A DNA stretch of 64,000 nt from NCBI GenBank assembly GCA_051362555.1, contig CM120648.1, positions 14,008,587 through 14,072,586 of the forward strand. The letters are read 5' to 3'. The notes under the pieces are model-generated. The model saw only the letters and a list, made by a program, of their open reading frames with translations. It had not been told where the DNA came from and did not search any database. Below, piece by piece: positions 1 through 12,600 of this stretch. The position numbers and the translations under genes are program-made. The stretch is from Lingula anatina (Eukaryota; Animalia; Brachiopoda). Numbering within the stretch: position 1 is the stretch's first letter; every line of letters begins with the position of its first letter.

Positions 1-12
1 GATCTGTTTCAG

Positions 13-3000
13 TCGTGACACCACAATGAAGTTATGGGAAGGGAGTACAGGCAGGGAACTGCACAGTTTTGGTGGCCACACAGACAGCGTGACAGCAGTC
101 CTCTTTATTCCAAAGGAAGATTGTGCTGATTTAGGTAAATGAACAGGATAAGATCAGATGGTACCACTGTAAGACAGGGGTCATTGATTATCAGTAATTT
201 TGAATTGATATTAAGTATCTACTTTTTCTCATTTATTAAATATTGGGAAGTATATGTATTAAATGTCCTTTGTTTTGTTTCTTTATTTTATGATCATTAG
301 TTTATTTCATTCCCCAGTTAGGGATATGTGTAAAATAGGCGAAACACCCCAATTTATAACGGTTTTCACAAATCTTACATTCTTGTCTCTACTTGTTTTT
401 TTTAATTACCAAAACCATATACTTTTAATTGTTTTTAATTTTCACTTTTTCATCAGTTTGTAAGTATCATTTTGTGAAACAGTATAATTATTGTTAATTT
501 GCTGCTTTACGTAATTCAATGCACTAGAAATGATAATTCTCACAGGACGCTTTCAAAGTGTGAATAAGTAAATAAAATCACTTCTAGTTACAGAGATATT
601 TTGAAAACTTCATCAATTTCAGAGGCCAAGCAATGCATTTGGTTGAATTCACAACTCTTAAAATATTACTTATTTTTTTTAATGACAATTTTTTAAAGTT
701 TCTACTGCAGATGTAAGGAATCAGGTAAACCAAATAGTATTACATGTTGAGTGAATTCAGTATATTTTGCCTGTCTAATTCCGCATATAATGTCCTTTTT
801 AGCTGGCCAATATGAACTGGCCGAAGATGACCGTCTGCTGGTCAGTGGGTCCATGGACTGTGCCGTCAGACTGTGGTCACTTAAAACAGGTAAATACACC
901 ATGGAAATCATTTAAAAGTGTTTTACCTCTAAAATGGTTATGATTTACTTATGAGTAGGTCTCCTATAAAATTTGTATAATATTATGAATAGAAAATATT
1001 AAAATATTAATGGTTTGGATTTTCAGTTGCCTTATGTTAAAACAAATTTTAGCTTTAACAAATTATAATGTAAACTATTAAGCAATGTTTTGAATACCTG
1101 GAGATTTTCCAACTCATTTGGGCCTTCATCAGCTTGGGGCCTATTTCAATAAGTCTGAAGTAATGTTGCCAAATTAAAGCTTAGACGTCTAAACTTGGAT
1201 ATAGCCGACTCCCTAAAATTAACTTTGAGATATAGGTCCATGAACATTTTACAAAGACATTGCTCACAATAAATGTAATTGACATACTTAACTATTTGCC
1301 TGTACTGAGGGTTAGAAATCACTGTCAAGAAATTTGACTAGAGGGTTACATTGGAAAAAAATTGTTAAGTGACCTTTTATGTTCTTTCTGAAGTGCAATT
1401 GCTAGTCTTTTCTGGAACTAATTTTCCAATTTCATTATTGTTAACCAGGCCTTTATTGATGTCTGAAAAGTTAAACATTTTGTACTGATGCTGCCCCCTG
1501 ATATAAATTCTGATATTTTTTTATGTACATAGGTTGCATGGTGAAGTCCATCTACACCTATAACCCTGTGACCTGCATGACATACTGTACGCCAGGCAGG
1601 CTACTGGTCACAGGCTCAAGTAAGTGGGAAATTACTTTACAACTGTCCAGACAGTAAGGAAAAGGGATTTTAAAACAATATTGACAGCAGACCAGGCTTA
1701 AAAATGCTGGTGGATTTAGATGGAAATTAACTGCAGTCAACACAGCCCTGTGAGCTCACATGAAACAGAAAGCTTCATAACCTGCTTCTGTACCTGTCAA
1801 GCCTCTCAACCTCATCAGAAGTCTCATAATTTAGGGACTTGTCTCTGGATTCAGAGACATATGTATAAATGTTTATTAATTTAGTCAATGAACACTGAAG
1901 GTTTATTTATTACCCAAAAGACTGTATGTAAGGCAGTATATAAGGAGAGGGTGACAATATCCTTGAAGTGAGTTTAATTTATGCTCATAAATGCAGAGTG
2001 ACATATTCCAGTAATATACCTTATTCACTTTGCATTGTATATATCTGATTTTCATTATTGATCCACCTTTTACATTGAAAAACAAAACTACATAAATTAA
2101 TGCATTGAATGACACTTATTTTAAGCTTTACTTAGATAAATCTTGGACAAATAAAATGAGACAAAATGCAGTAAAAATGGAGGAGTGGGAATAAACTTTT
2201 TCTGTTCTAACTTAAAACTCTCTGTATATTTGCCATATAATTATATTTGTTTTATATAAGGTTTTATTGTGAAGAGTCCAATAATGTGATAATTCCGTGT
2301 GGGATGCAGTCCACAAGTTCAGTGGGGAGCAAGAGCACGTATGATCTGCTTATTTGACACAGGGACCTAAAGGAAAGAAAGTGGCCCTTGGACCTCCATT
2401 TATTTATCTAAGGGTAAAGCAAAATTAATAACCTTTATTTTTTATAGTTAAACTGTACCTAATACCCATTTCTTTATCAGGTGGAGGCAAGGTGGAACTA
2501 TGGAGTCTTGCGACTGGAGAAAATATCTGTTCATTGGTAGCTTTTGATGAGGCTACAACGTGTCTTAGGGTAAGTGACCTATGAGCTCCCTGATGCCTAG
2601 GGAGAACTTAATAGCATAACTCTGCCCTTTTCACTAGCAGGAATCAACTTTAAAAGGAAAAGTAATATGTATGAATATTGTAAATTTGGTTTCTTTGCCC
2701 TGTTTGCTGATTATTTGACTGTATATGTTTTCATTGTAATAAACATCAGGTATCACTATGAAAACAATCAGTAAGTCACAAAGTTGCCTTTTTCTTTTGA
2801 AGATGATATTTAATCTTGTTGGATAAAAGAAGAAGTAGTATTAGCAGTAGTATTATAATATATATATGGTGGCTGAGCATGTTTTCAGGCTTTGGGTAGA
2901 AACAGATGGTGACTGAGTGAAATTGCCTATTTTTAAATATTGAAATTGTTAAATGAGAAAATGAATATATCCATTTTTTCTAGATGGATGATGACAAAAT

Positions 3001-6000
3001 TTACAGTGCCTCAGCAGATGGATTCATCAAAATTTTCACCATCAAAGATGGAAAACTAAGTCTTCTTTTTGAGTCAGAAGATGTTAAAGGAGTCAATGGA
3101 GAAGACTTGCTGTTAAGACACATTCGTTCCCTATCAACCAGTAAAGATACAATATACTATGGGGATGATGGGAGTAACCTCAAGGTGCTAAGTTGGAAAC
3201 AAGGTATTATAGCAGTCTTGATTAACATATAGTACACTGAATGTTTTATCAAATCTTGAAGTACACTACTGAAAAAATGAACAAATGCTCTGATTAATAA
3301 TTGATATTAAATATTATTAAATGACTGTATAATTTATTACTAAACAGACCTGTCGCAAGAGGGATTTTGCCTTTTTTTTCCTGGAAAAGGTCTGCTCTGA
3401 ATAAAGTTTGATATATACATGTAGATACACCAAGGTTTCATGGTCAAAGGTCTGCTTTTTCAGAAAAAGAACCCCCTTTGAAATTGCTGGCTGTGTGTCT
3501 GACTAAAGCATGTTAAAGGTTTGAACATCAATTTCTTTATAGGTATTGTCCACAAGTTAAAGAATCATGTCTGTGAGTTTGGGTCTACAGATGCCGTGGC
3601 AGTTCTGGAGGACCAGGTGCTGCTGACAGCAGGGTTTGATCTAGATAATGGATGTGGGTATTTTAATGGTAAGAAAAATGTACTTGCTAGTAATATGGCA
3701 GTCAACCACTCAAGCAACATTTAGAATTATAATTATATGCTCCTGCCAACCTGGTGCAGGAGCAATAGAAAAGCCCTCAATCTGTGTACTGATCACACTG
3801 ACCTAATTTTATTAGTAAAGGTTGTTTTTTTTTTAATCTGCAGCAGCTTATGCCTGAACTCCTAGCCTTTGTACTTCTTAGTAGAAAGAGTTTTATGAGT
3901 ATCCAAAGCATGCTGTTTTTTATTGAGCAAAATGTTGGGGTATTCACCATGAATTTAAAAAATAAATAATATTTAACTATTTCACTGTTGGTCAGTGCTT
4001 GTATAAGAAATAAAAAATTTCCCACTCTTAGTAGCAGAATTAAAATTTATTTTTGAACTAAGTACCTGAGCTTAATTTATATTTGCCAATGTCTTCAAGT
4101 TTGCAAACAATAGCATACAGTTCATAGTGTTGCCAGTCTGAGTTAGTGCTAACACTCGGCAATTTAGCCAAATGCTAAAGCTGACTTAAATTGGCTAAAC
4201 AAAATAGGGTTGATTTGACTAATTTTAACTTTAATTAATTTTAACTGGTGATTTGGCTAAGCCAAAAAAAATTGCTAGCGCTACCCCAGCCAGTGTTTAT
4301 GTGAGGTAAGGAGGATAGGTAGTCTACATACAAATAACTGAGAAACAGAATAATACAATTATCTTTCTGTTGTGCTAGTGAGAAGTTTACCAGAAGAGCA
4401 GTATCTGTCCACTGTGAGTAGTGCAGACACAGGCCGGATGATGTGTCTACAGTGTACACGCCTTCCTCATGGTGCAGTGAGAGTGGCCACTGGAGGAACT
4501 GAGCTGAAAATTTGGGAACAAGTAAAGACAGGAATGAAAATTTCCAGGTATTTGTTACATTGCTTTTGGTTCTGGTGCTGTAGCTGTGTAGTTAAGAATT
4601 GTTGACCATACTATGTCAGGCTCCCTCTGGTAGAATGTTCCCCATGTGTGAAAAAAAGGAACTTTTACTAAAGAAGGCAAAAAATTTTGAAAAATTATGA
4701 AAATTGAAAATTTTATTATCCTTTAGACATTATAAAATGGTTTGGCTTTCTGTTGTTGCCGTCGCCGTCACCCTCGCTGTTGCCATCTAGACTTCAGTCT
4801 GATTGGTTTATATTTCTGGAAGTTATACAGTTTTTTGTTAAATGCTAATTTTTCACAAATTGGCATTTTCAGGGAGCGACTTTGAACTTCCATGGGCTTG
4901 AAGACCTTTCCTAGTTGTTTATTAAAAATTGATGGTTATTATGCTGTTAAGCATTATGTAATATTGCATCATAATTGAAGAAAACTAGTAGAATAGTAGA
5001 TCATCAAAAATTGGTGGTGATTATGCTGTAAATCATAATGTAATATTACATCAAAATTGACCAAAAAAAAAACTGCTTCGTGTACTGCCAACACAAACAC
5101 TATGAAAAGAAAACTATGTTACTTATTATTTTGTAACTTATGAGAATGATTCTTAGGATTGACAAAGAGCTCAAATTGGAAAACCAGCTTCATTTTGTGA
5201 AATTTTCATTTTTCTCAATCTGGCATTATCAAAGTGTAAACTTGAATTCTCATGGGCCTGAAGCCTTATGCTAGTTACACATTTACTTACATCCATATTA
5301 CCTGTTGTGCATAATTAAAATTTGGTGTTGACTTTGCAGTTAAGCATAATGTGTTATTGTATCAGAATTGACAGTAGACTATTTTGTACATCGTTATTTT
5401 CTGCTTTTTGTCTAAACATTTGACATCTGTCCTGCCCTGTTAGAAGTTCATTTTAACTAAAAGTGAATTTTTAAGCGTAAATCAAAGGACAAAATTAGGA
5501 ATTACAAAAAATTATTTTGTGTGCAAATCTACATCAGATATTCTGGGTTCAAAATATTGTGGTATTTATTTTAGTTTAAAGCCCACATTTACCTTTTAAG
5601 GAACAATTTAGCACCATTAAATCCAGTTTTCTGTTATTAATCTAGATGTTTTGTAGGGCTAGTTCACCAATAATGTACAACAATTTATAGCCACAAATGA
5701 AAGAACTACTTACCTTACTAAACAACAAAATTAATGTGGAAACAACTTTTGATAATTGGACACACTTAATATCAATAGCAGTCTTTTGTAAGAAAATTTT
5801 ATGTACAGACACAGTTGTGTCTCTTGTCGCCATCATCAACATCGTCACCTTTCACTTTCAGTGTTATAATGACAAGTCAAAAATTATTTGACCTTTTGTC
5901 TTAAAACTTACAGAACTGATGAATATTCATGAATTATTGGTTGACCTCTAAAATCAGCTTGATCCGACCAAATTTCCAATAGTATTCAAAAGTTTGAAAA

Positions 6001-6610
6001 GCATGTTGACTTCTTGTTAAAAAAGTAGATTTATTAAAGTAATTTGAAATGATATATTTGAAAGAGATAAGGTACATGGTATTGAAATATGTAAAGTGTT
6101 TGAAATATTTTATGGTTAATTGCAGTAAACCTGTCATTCTACTCTTTGTTCTGACAAGTTATTTGTTTCTCATGTATGTAAAATTAACAATACCACATTT
6201 CACGTTACTTGTACACATGCAAAGCTGGTTACTGTCTCTAATTAGGTACTGTTTTTTGTGTAATTAATGCTGCAAATGTCTCTTTGGCAAGGTTTGCTCT
6301 CTATGCTATGATTTACATAACCAGCTAAGTCAATGTTACCATGGTCCTGTTGTAAAATATTTCCTCTTAACATAGAGCATAAAAAATGTGCGACATTTTT
6401 GTCTGACAAGACTGGACTGGGCCACACCTGACAGTTGACCAACCTCAGTTGTCATGAGGCTCCATGTCTTCACCAGCAATATAGTATGCTATCATGTAAA
6501 ATGTGTTCTTGTTCCTCAGATGCTACATCATGGTGGATTGATCCCCAAACCAATCATAATACACCTATCATAGTCAGTAGTTGCTTTCTTAGCTCCTGAG
6601 ACAAGGTAAA

Positions 6611-6653
<43 letters not shown>

Positions 6654-9600
6654 TGTTTCCCATTCAATTTGGTAAACAGAAAGCTGTGGCCGGTGTTATG
6701 GACATGTGTTCTATAACATGTTGTATTATCTTGCCTGATTTGGATATCGTAATATAAGTTAAAAACATCTTCATTCTGAACAGATGTTAATTTAACAAAA
6801 TGAGACCATGCAATAATGTTGCTATATGTATACTAATGCATCTAAGTACATCTAGTGCCTCTATCAAAACAAGCTTAAAATATGTGAATTCCATGATGCA
6901 AATTTTGTTCAAAAGAGGTAGAATCTATGAGTACATTTAGTCTAATATTTAGATAATGTTCTTAATATGTTCACATTTTGCTTGTTACATTAGTTCCAAA
7001 GTCAAAGCTTAAACCACTTCCATCCATCTTTTCCCTAAATGTCTTTTCAAAGATGGTATTCTGCTGCTCTGTGAAGTAATTTCTCCAGTCCCCAACCATT
7101 CCTTTACGATAGAAAGGTGAAACGGATTCATCAATGGCATCAGTGATGGCAGATATTCTTGTAGCTGGATTTTTTTTCATACTGTCGAATGATGTATAGT
7201 TGACAATCTTTTCCATGCTGACTGAACTAAGTGTTTTCCCTAAGAATTGAGAAATTTTTACAACAGCTTCTCTTGGGTCTGTTAACATTTCTTCATATTT
7301 TAGGAATAAGACATTTGAGTTTTCTTTACATTCGTTCCAGTATTCAAGGACATAGTCAAAGTAGCTACCATAGGCAACATGGCCACTGATAAACAAGTTA
7401 AAAAACTCATCCCAAGAGCCTCTGAACTTTCCAAACAAGGCATTACTGCGATAAAAATGATAATAGGAAACAGCAACATCCTTGGGGTTTCTGAGTACAT
7501 GTATCATAGGGACCCTCTTCTGTTGTGATTGCTTTGGAAGATATCTATACAACATGTGTGTCTTGAGAAGGCGAGGTGCAGAGGACGAGGCAATTTTTTT
7601 CAAGTAAGAATGACTCACTCTCCCTGCATGGCAAAAGTCTGGCCAGAAAACCCTGCTAAAGATGGGCTGTCTGGATGCCTCCTCCAAATTTTGATGGTGA
7701 AGGATGAGAGAAACCATCTCTGTTATCCATGTTTGGCCTAAAAATTGCAAAGCATAATTTTTATTGTGTTAAAATAAATTAAATATTAAAATTAACATGT
7801 TACATAAAGGTCCCATGCTCATAAAATCAAAGAAGCAAAAAAAAAAAAAAAGAAAAGGTAATAGTAATTAATAATGTAAAATGTATTCAAATAAATGTTG
7901 GCAATACTAATAAACTATCAAGCGCTTCACTTAAACTGAAATATAGTGGATTTATTAAATATATCATACTGGCAGAATTTTTACAACACTTCTATAAGAA
8001 AATCATATAGTCTGTGGACTCATGACAGCCTGAAGACTATCTGAACTGTTAACATTACGTCTGGAGGACTTTCCTTGTGTCACCACTCATGGCGTTAATG
8101 ATTGATGTGTGTTAATGATTTTTAATTATCATGTAAATCTGCTATTTGTCATATGTTTAGAATATTTACGAGTTGCTTCTAATAATACCCAAAATTTCTA
8201 TGACAATCACCGTAGGAAATGTTTAGTATAGAAATTCTACAGAATCTATGATGGTGATGAAGAGATTCACTTACAAGTTGAGGGGGTCACTTTGATTGAG
8301 AAGAGTGTAGTATTACGTCTATATTCTACATGTACCAACCTGATTTGGGATATGCCGTTACTAAACAGTCACTTTGATGCATTTGGAAATTTTTGAAAAT
8401 CTCTATTATTTCAGGGGGATGATAGCCAGGCATCAGAATTCCCTCATAAATATGCTCTCCTGGTATTTTATGCATTTTCTCTATATATCACGAAGCCCTG
8501 TTACCGCTTCTTAAAATACACTGCCTTTCATTACATAAGATATGGGTCAGAGTCCAAGACAAGCTAAGTGAACACCACTACCACAATATGGCTGTGTTTT
8601 GTTGTCGTAGACTGCTAGAGACTAAGGCTGCATTCACATGGAAAATCTATTTTCTAAAAATCTAAAAATCTATTTGCGGCATCTTGTGATCACGGTCTGT
8701 GCCCTGAATACCCCACGGCGTAATTATGGGCAGTGCGAGCCAGTTACTTCCAAAGCTGTAATTAATTCTTGGCGCTGCCAGTAATTACGCCGCGGGGTAT
8801 TCAGGGCACAGACCGTGATCACAAGATACCGCAAATAGATTTTTAGATTTTTAGAAAATAGATTTTTCATGTGAACACAGCCTCATAGTCAGAGCAGTCT
8901 CAACCAAGCTCAATCAGTCGATCAGTGAAGCAGGTTTAATTGTATTATACTGCATATTTGATTTTGTTTAAATATTATATTGGCAGTAAAAAGGAAAGCA
9001 GTTTTCTGATATTTTTATTTGGCTCAGGAAAGAAAACAGGTGAAAATGCCAGATATTAGCGTATTCAAATATGTTATATATATATATTTATTTACTGTTA
9101 AATGTGTAGAAATTTTTGCTATAACCTGAATTATCATACATATAAGCCGGCCAGAGGCTAAAAATATATTTAAAAATGTGAGTTCACAAGTGTTGTTAGA
9201 TTATATGGATTAGTTTTTAGCACTGATTTTCCATGTACTTGCCATAGCCCACCTGTAGATTCTGTTATGGACTTTTGTGAGGGTCCCACTGGGTATTTTC
9301 TTTTCCTGTGAAAGTATTTTTATTTCCCAGGATGCATGAAACTTCTATTTTATTCAACGTCATCTGTGAAACACCCCATTCCTGTGACTCGTGAATGTGA
9401 CTATTTATTCTTTGTCATTTGTGAAACGTAATTATATTATGTGATTCGTGACTTTTGACTCACGCTCATTGCATTTTTAATAACAAATGAATAAATGTTT
9501 CCCCTTCGATAGAGGTCAGGTTAATTCCCGTGATTTGTTAATTGATGACTTTATTTCTAGTGAATTGTGACCACTACCCCCCCAATGGGACCCTCTTTTA

Positions 9601-12600
9601 TGTATCAGGTACTTACATATAATTTCCTCTGTCCCACCTGTACTTTGCATCCTAACAATAGTTCATACTGGTGCACTTTCTGTCACCCAGTTATGAGCGC
9701 CCGAAGTAAACTATTGATAGTGGAGGTGAATTTCAGACAGACTATAAAACCAGAGTGGCGTGGCTGATGAGGGCACTATGGGGTCATCTGTATTAATGAG
9801 GTCATCTGAGTTCATACTGGGCCGCTATCAGAGCAGTCTGATCATTGGACCCCACTGGATACACACTTAATGATGGTAGTGAATGTTTTGTTGGCACTTG
9901 AGGTCACACTACCTGACAATGAGCTAAAAATAAGGGAGTATCCCTGACGCAGGCTAAATACATAATACTGACACTGAGCTACTGTATATAACACTGACAC
10001 TGAGCTAAAAGGGAGTATCACTAACAGGTTATATATATATATATATATGACACTGGCATGTGTATTGCAATCAAGCAGTCGGAACAGTTTATGTGCTCCT
10101 CTTGCTGTCTTCTACATGTCACTGCCCTCCTTTACTGAGATATTAGTTTCAGCTTTGCTTTTTGCTGTATTCTAATAACATCATGAGTTGACTCATTGAA
10201 CTGCTGTTGTTAGTCTTTGTGAGTTCCCTTCATGGTCAAACTCATTCATTTATGAAAGATATAACAGAAATCTGATATAAAGATAGCAATTTAAGTTCAG
10301 TGTGAATTAAAGTGTTTTGTTTTTAATATAACACTACAGTGTGAAGTGTAGCTGCATGTTTTATGATATTGTATTCAGCAGATGGTGTACTTAACCTGAC
10401 ACATGGCACACAGGGATACAGGGTCACCTCAGGACACACTGTGGTTTTTCTCTTAGTTAATGTCATGATGACCTGGCTAAGAGTATAAAATCTCTCCCTT
10501 TAGGGGAGTGTTGAACAATGATTGTCATTATAGTGGCACTGTTTTTCCTCCTTATATATCGTATATATATCAACTGTACAAGTTCCTACAGTATTTATAA
10601 GATATATATATATATTGAACAAATGACAAACATCCAAATCTTAACTGATGTCTTAGATCAATAGCTAGACTTTTGGTATAGTTTTTTTTTAATGTAATGT
10701 TTGACCTTTTTGTTAAATCACCATTCATATTTTTTTGTTTTCTGTCACAAAATTGGAATATTACCTAATTTGCACTGAAGAATTTTATTAGCCAAATCAA
10801 GAATCAGTTTAATAGTGCCTTCATTTTTTTTTTTTTTTTTTGTCAAGCACATCTTTAATGTAAGAATTGACTGTTTAGTATTCGTGATTTGCGTGTGACA
10901 ATAAATGGTTGCAATTAATGACCTCACGATGAGCAAGAATCTTAAAAAACAGTCCAGCAACGGCTATTGACAGGCTTGAAAAAATAATTGTTATAGTTAG
11001 ATTTACAAAGAAGTGATTCCATGTTTCATTTGGTGTACTATATTTTAATATTAATTGGATTCTTTTATGGTATTGAACTATTTTAAAGAAGCAGTTTAGA
11101 TTTAATAGGTTTAATCAGCGAATTCTTCCTTTATGTTTAAATGTCATAACATATTCAAGTTGCTTTTATCACTCCTTTTAACTTACATATAAAACCCAAC
11201 TTTTAGTTACAAGAATAAACACTATTATTATAAAAAATATATATATGACTGTACATTAAAATATTGGGATTGAATCTGTTAATGATGATGATGGCAGGGT
11301 ATTTTTCTAACAATGTGACAGGTATTTGTCCTAAACACAGAGTTTGGTAGCTTACTTAAGACACTTTTTATTGAAGTATTCACATTTTGCACTTAACAGG
11401 CATAGTCATTGCACTTAATAGGTTGCCTTCTTTTAATACAGCAAACATGAAGTTCATTCAGGCCATCATGGAGAAAATTCTAATGAAGGCATTTTTTCAA
11501 ACAAAAAGTTAAAATATTTGGGAGCACTTTTCTTCTTTAACTTCTAAACAATGGCAGATATTTTTTAACAAACATTAAATATTAATATTTTAATCATTTT
11601 TTGTCAAAATTTCTGTTATTTTTTATGTTATTATTAAGGTTTCAGAATTTTTGCTTTTATCAATTATATATCATGGACATATTTGGTAATTCTTGCTCCT
11701 TTTAATTAACATAATTAGCATACAGAATGGAAGAGAAGAAAGACTGACATTGTCAGGGGCGGATCCAGAGATATTTTCTGACAGTCTTCCACATTATCTT
11801 TGTTGATCCATCCTCCATTTTTTGACCGTCTTCCGACAGAAAAAATTAGGTACTCATCAATGTAAACCCAGAAGACAGCCTCAATCCGCCCCTGATTGTG
11901 ACATTGATTTTAACATTACCTATTACTTATTGGCATCACTTTAAAATCAGGGGGAAAATATTAGCAGCATGATAAGTTAACACAATAAATGATTCACTTT
12001 TCATTTTCTCAAATAGTGCATGAGGCTGTCTTTCAGACAAAATGGGAGTGCTTTTAGTTTATGCCAGGTCCTCAACTCACGTCTCCCCTGCTGTCAGAGC
12101 CTGTACCTGTCAGGGTCTTAGCTATCTTTATTTTCCTTTCAATGCCATCTCACCATTGCGTGCACTGTCCCATTCCTATTAGGAAGACATATGGAGGCAC
12201 GAAAGTGGCAAAAGGAAACACGAGTGAAGAACACAGGGTCTCACTGTCTCCGTCACTTTCACTTATGATGCAGTGTAACTTATGATGCAGTGGTAACGTG
12301 GCCTTGACATATGGTAATATAAACAACAACCAACATTTCTGTGCAAAAAAACAAAGTAGAATGCCTTGAACACTTGAAAAGTGAGGAGAGTAATGGACAA
12401 GATGTGTTGTTGGGAACATAATAGTCATAACCCTGCATATGAATGATAGAAGATATAATTGTACTTGAAATAACATCAACAGCCTATACAGCAAGCAGGG
12501 CAGGTGCTATAGACACCACTGGAGTTGACCATTTACAGTACCAGTAGTGCCCTCAAGTTCCCAATTGGGAACATTCCAAATGAACCTTTTCATAGGTGTG

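Noticed and set aside
4120-4300. Short inverted TTAGCCAAAT / ATTTGGCTAA motifs as a MITE
   Set aside because: No clear termini or TSD could be defined.
13-4547. Calling the WD40 gene a G-protein beta subunit or F-box/WD protein
   Set aside because: The sequence does not resemble the highly conserved G-beta family, and the N-terminus lies outside the window, so no specific name is supportable.
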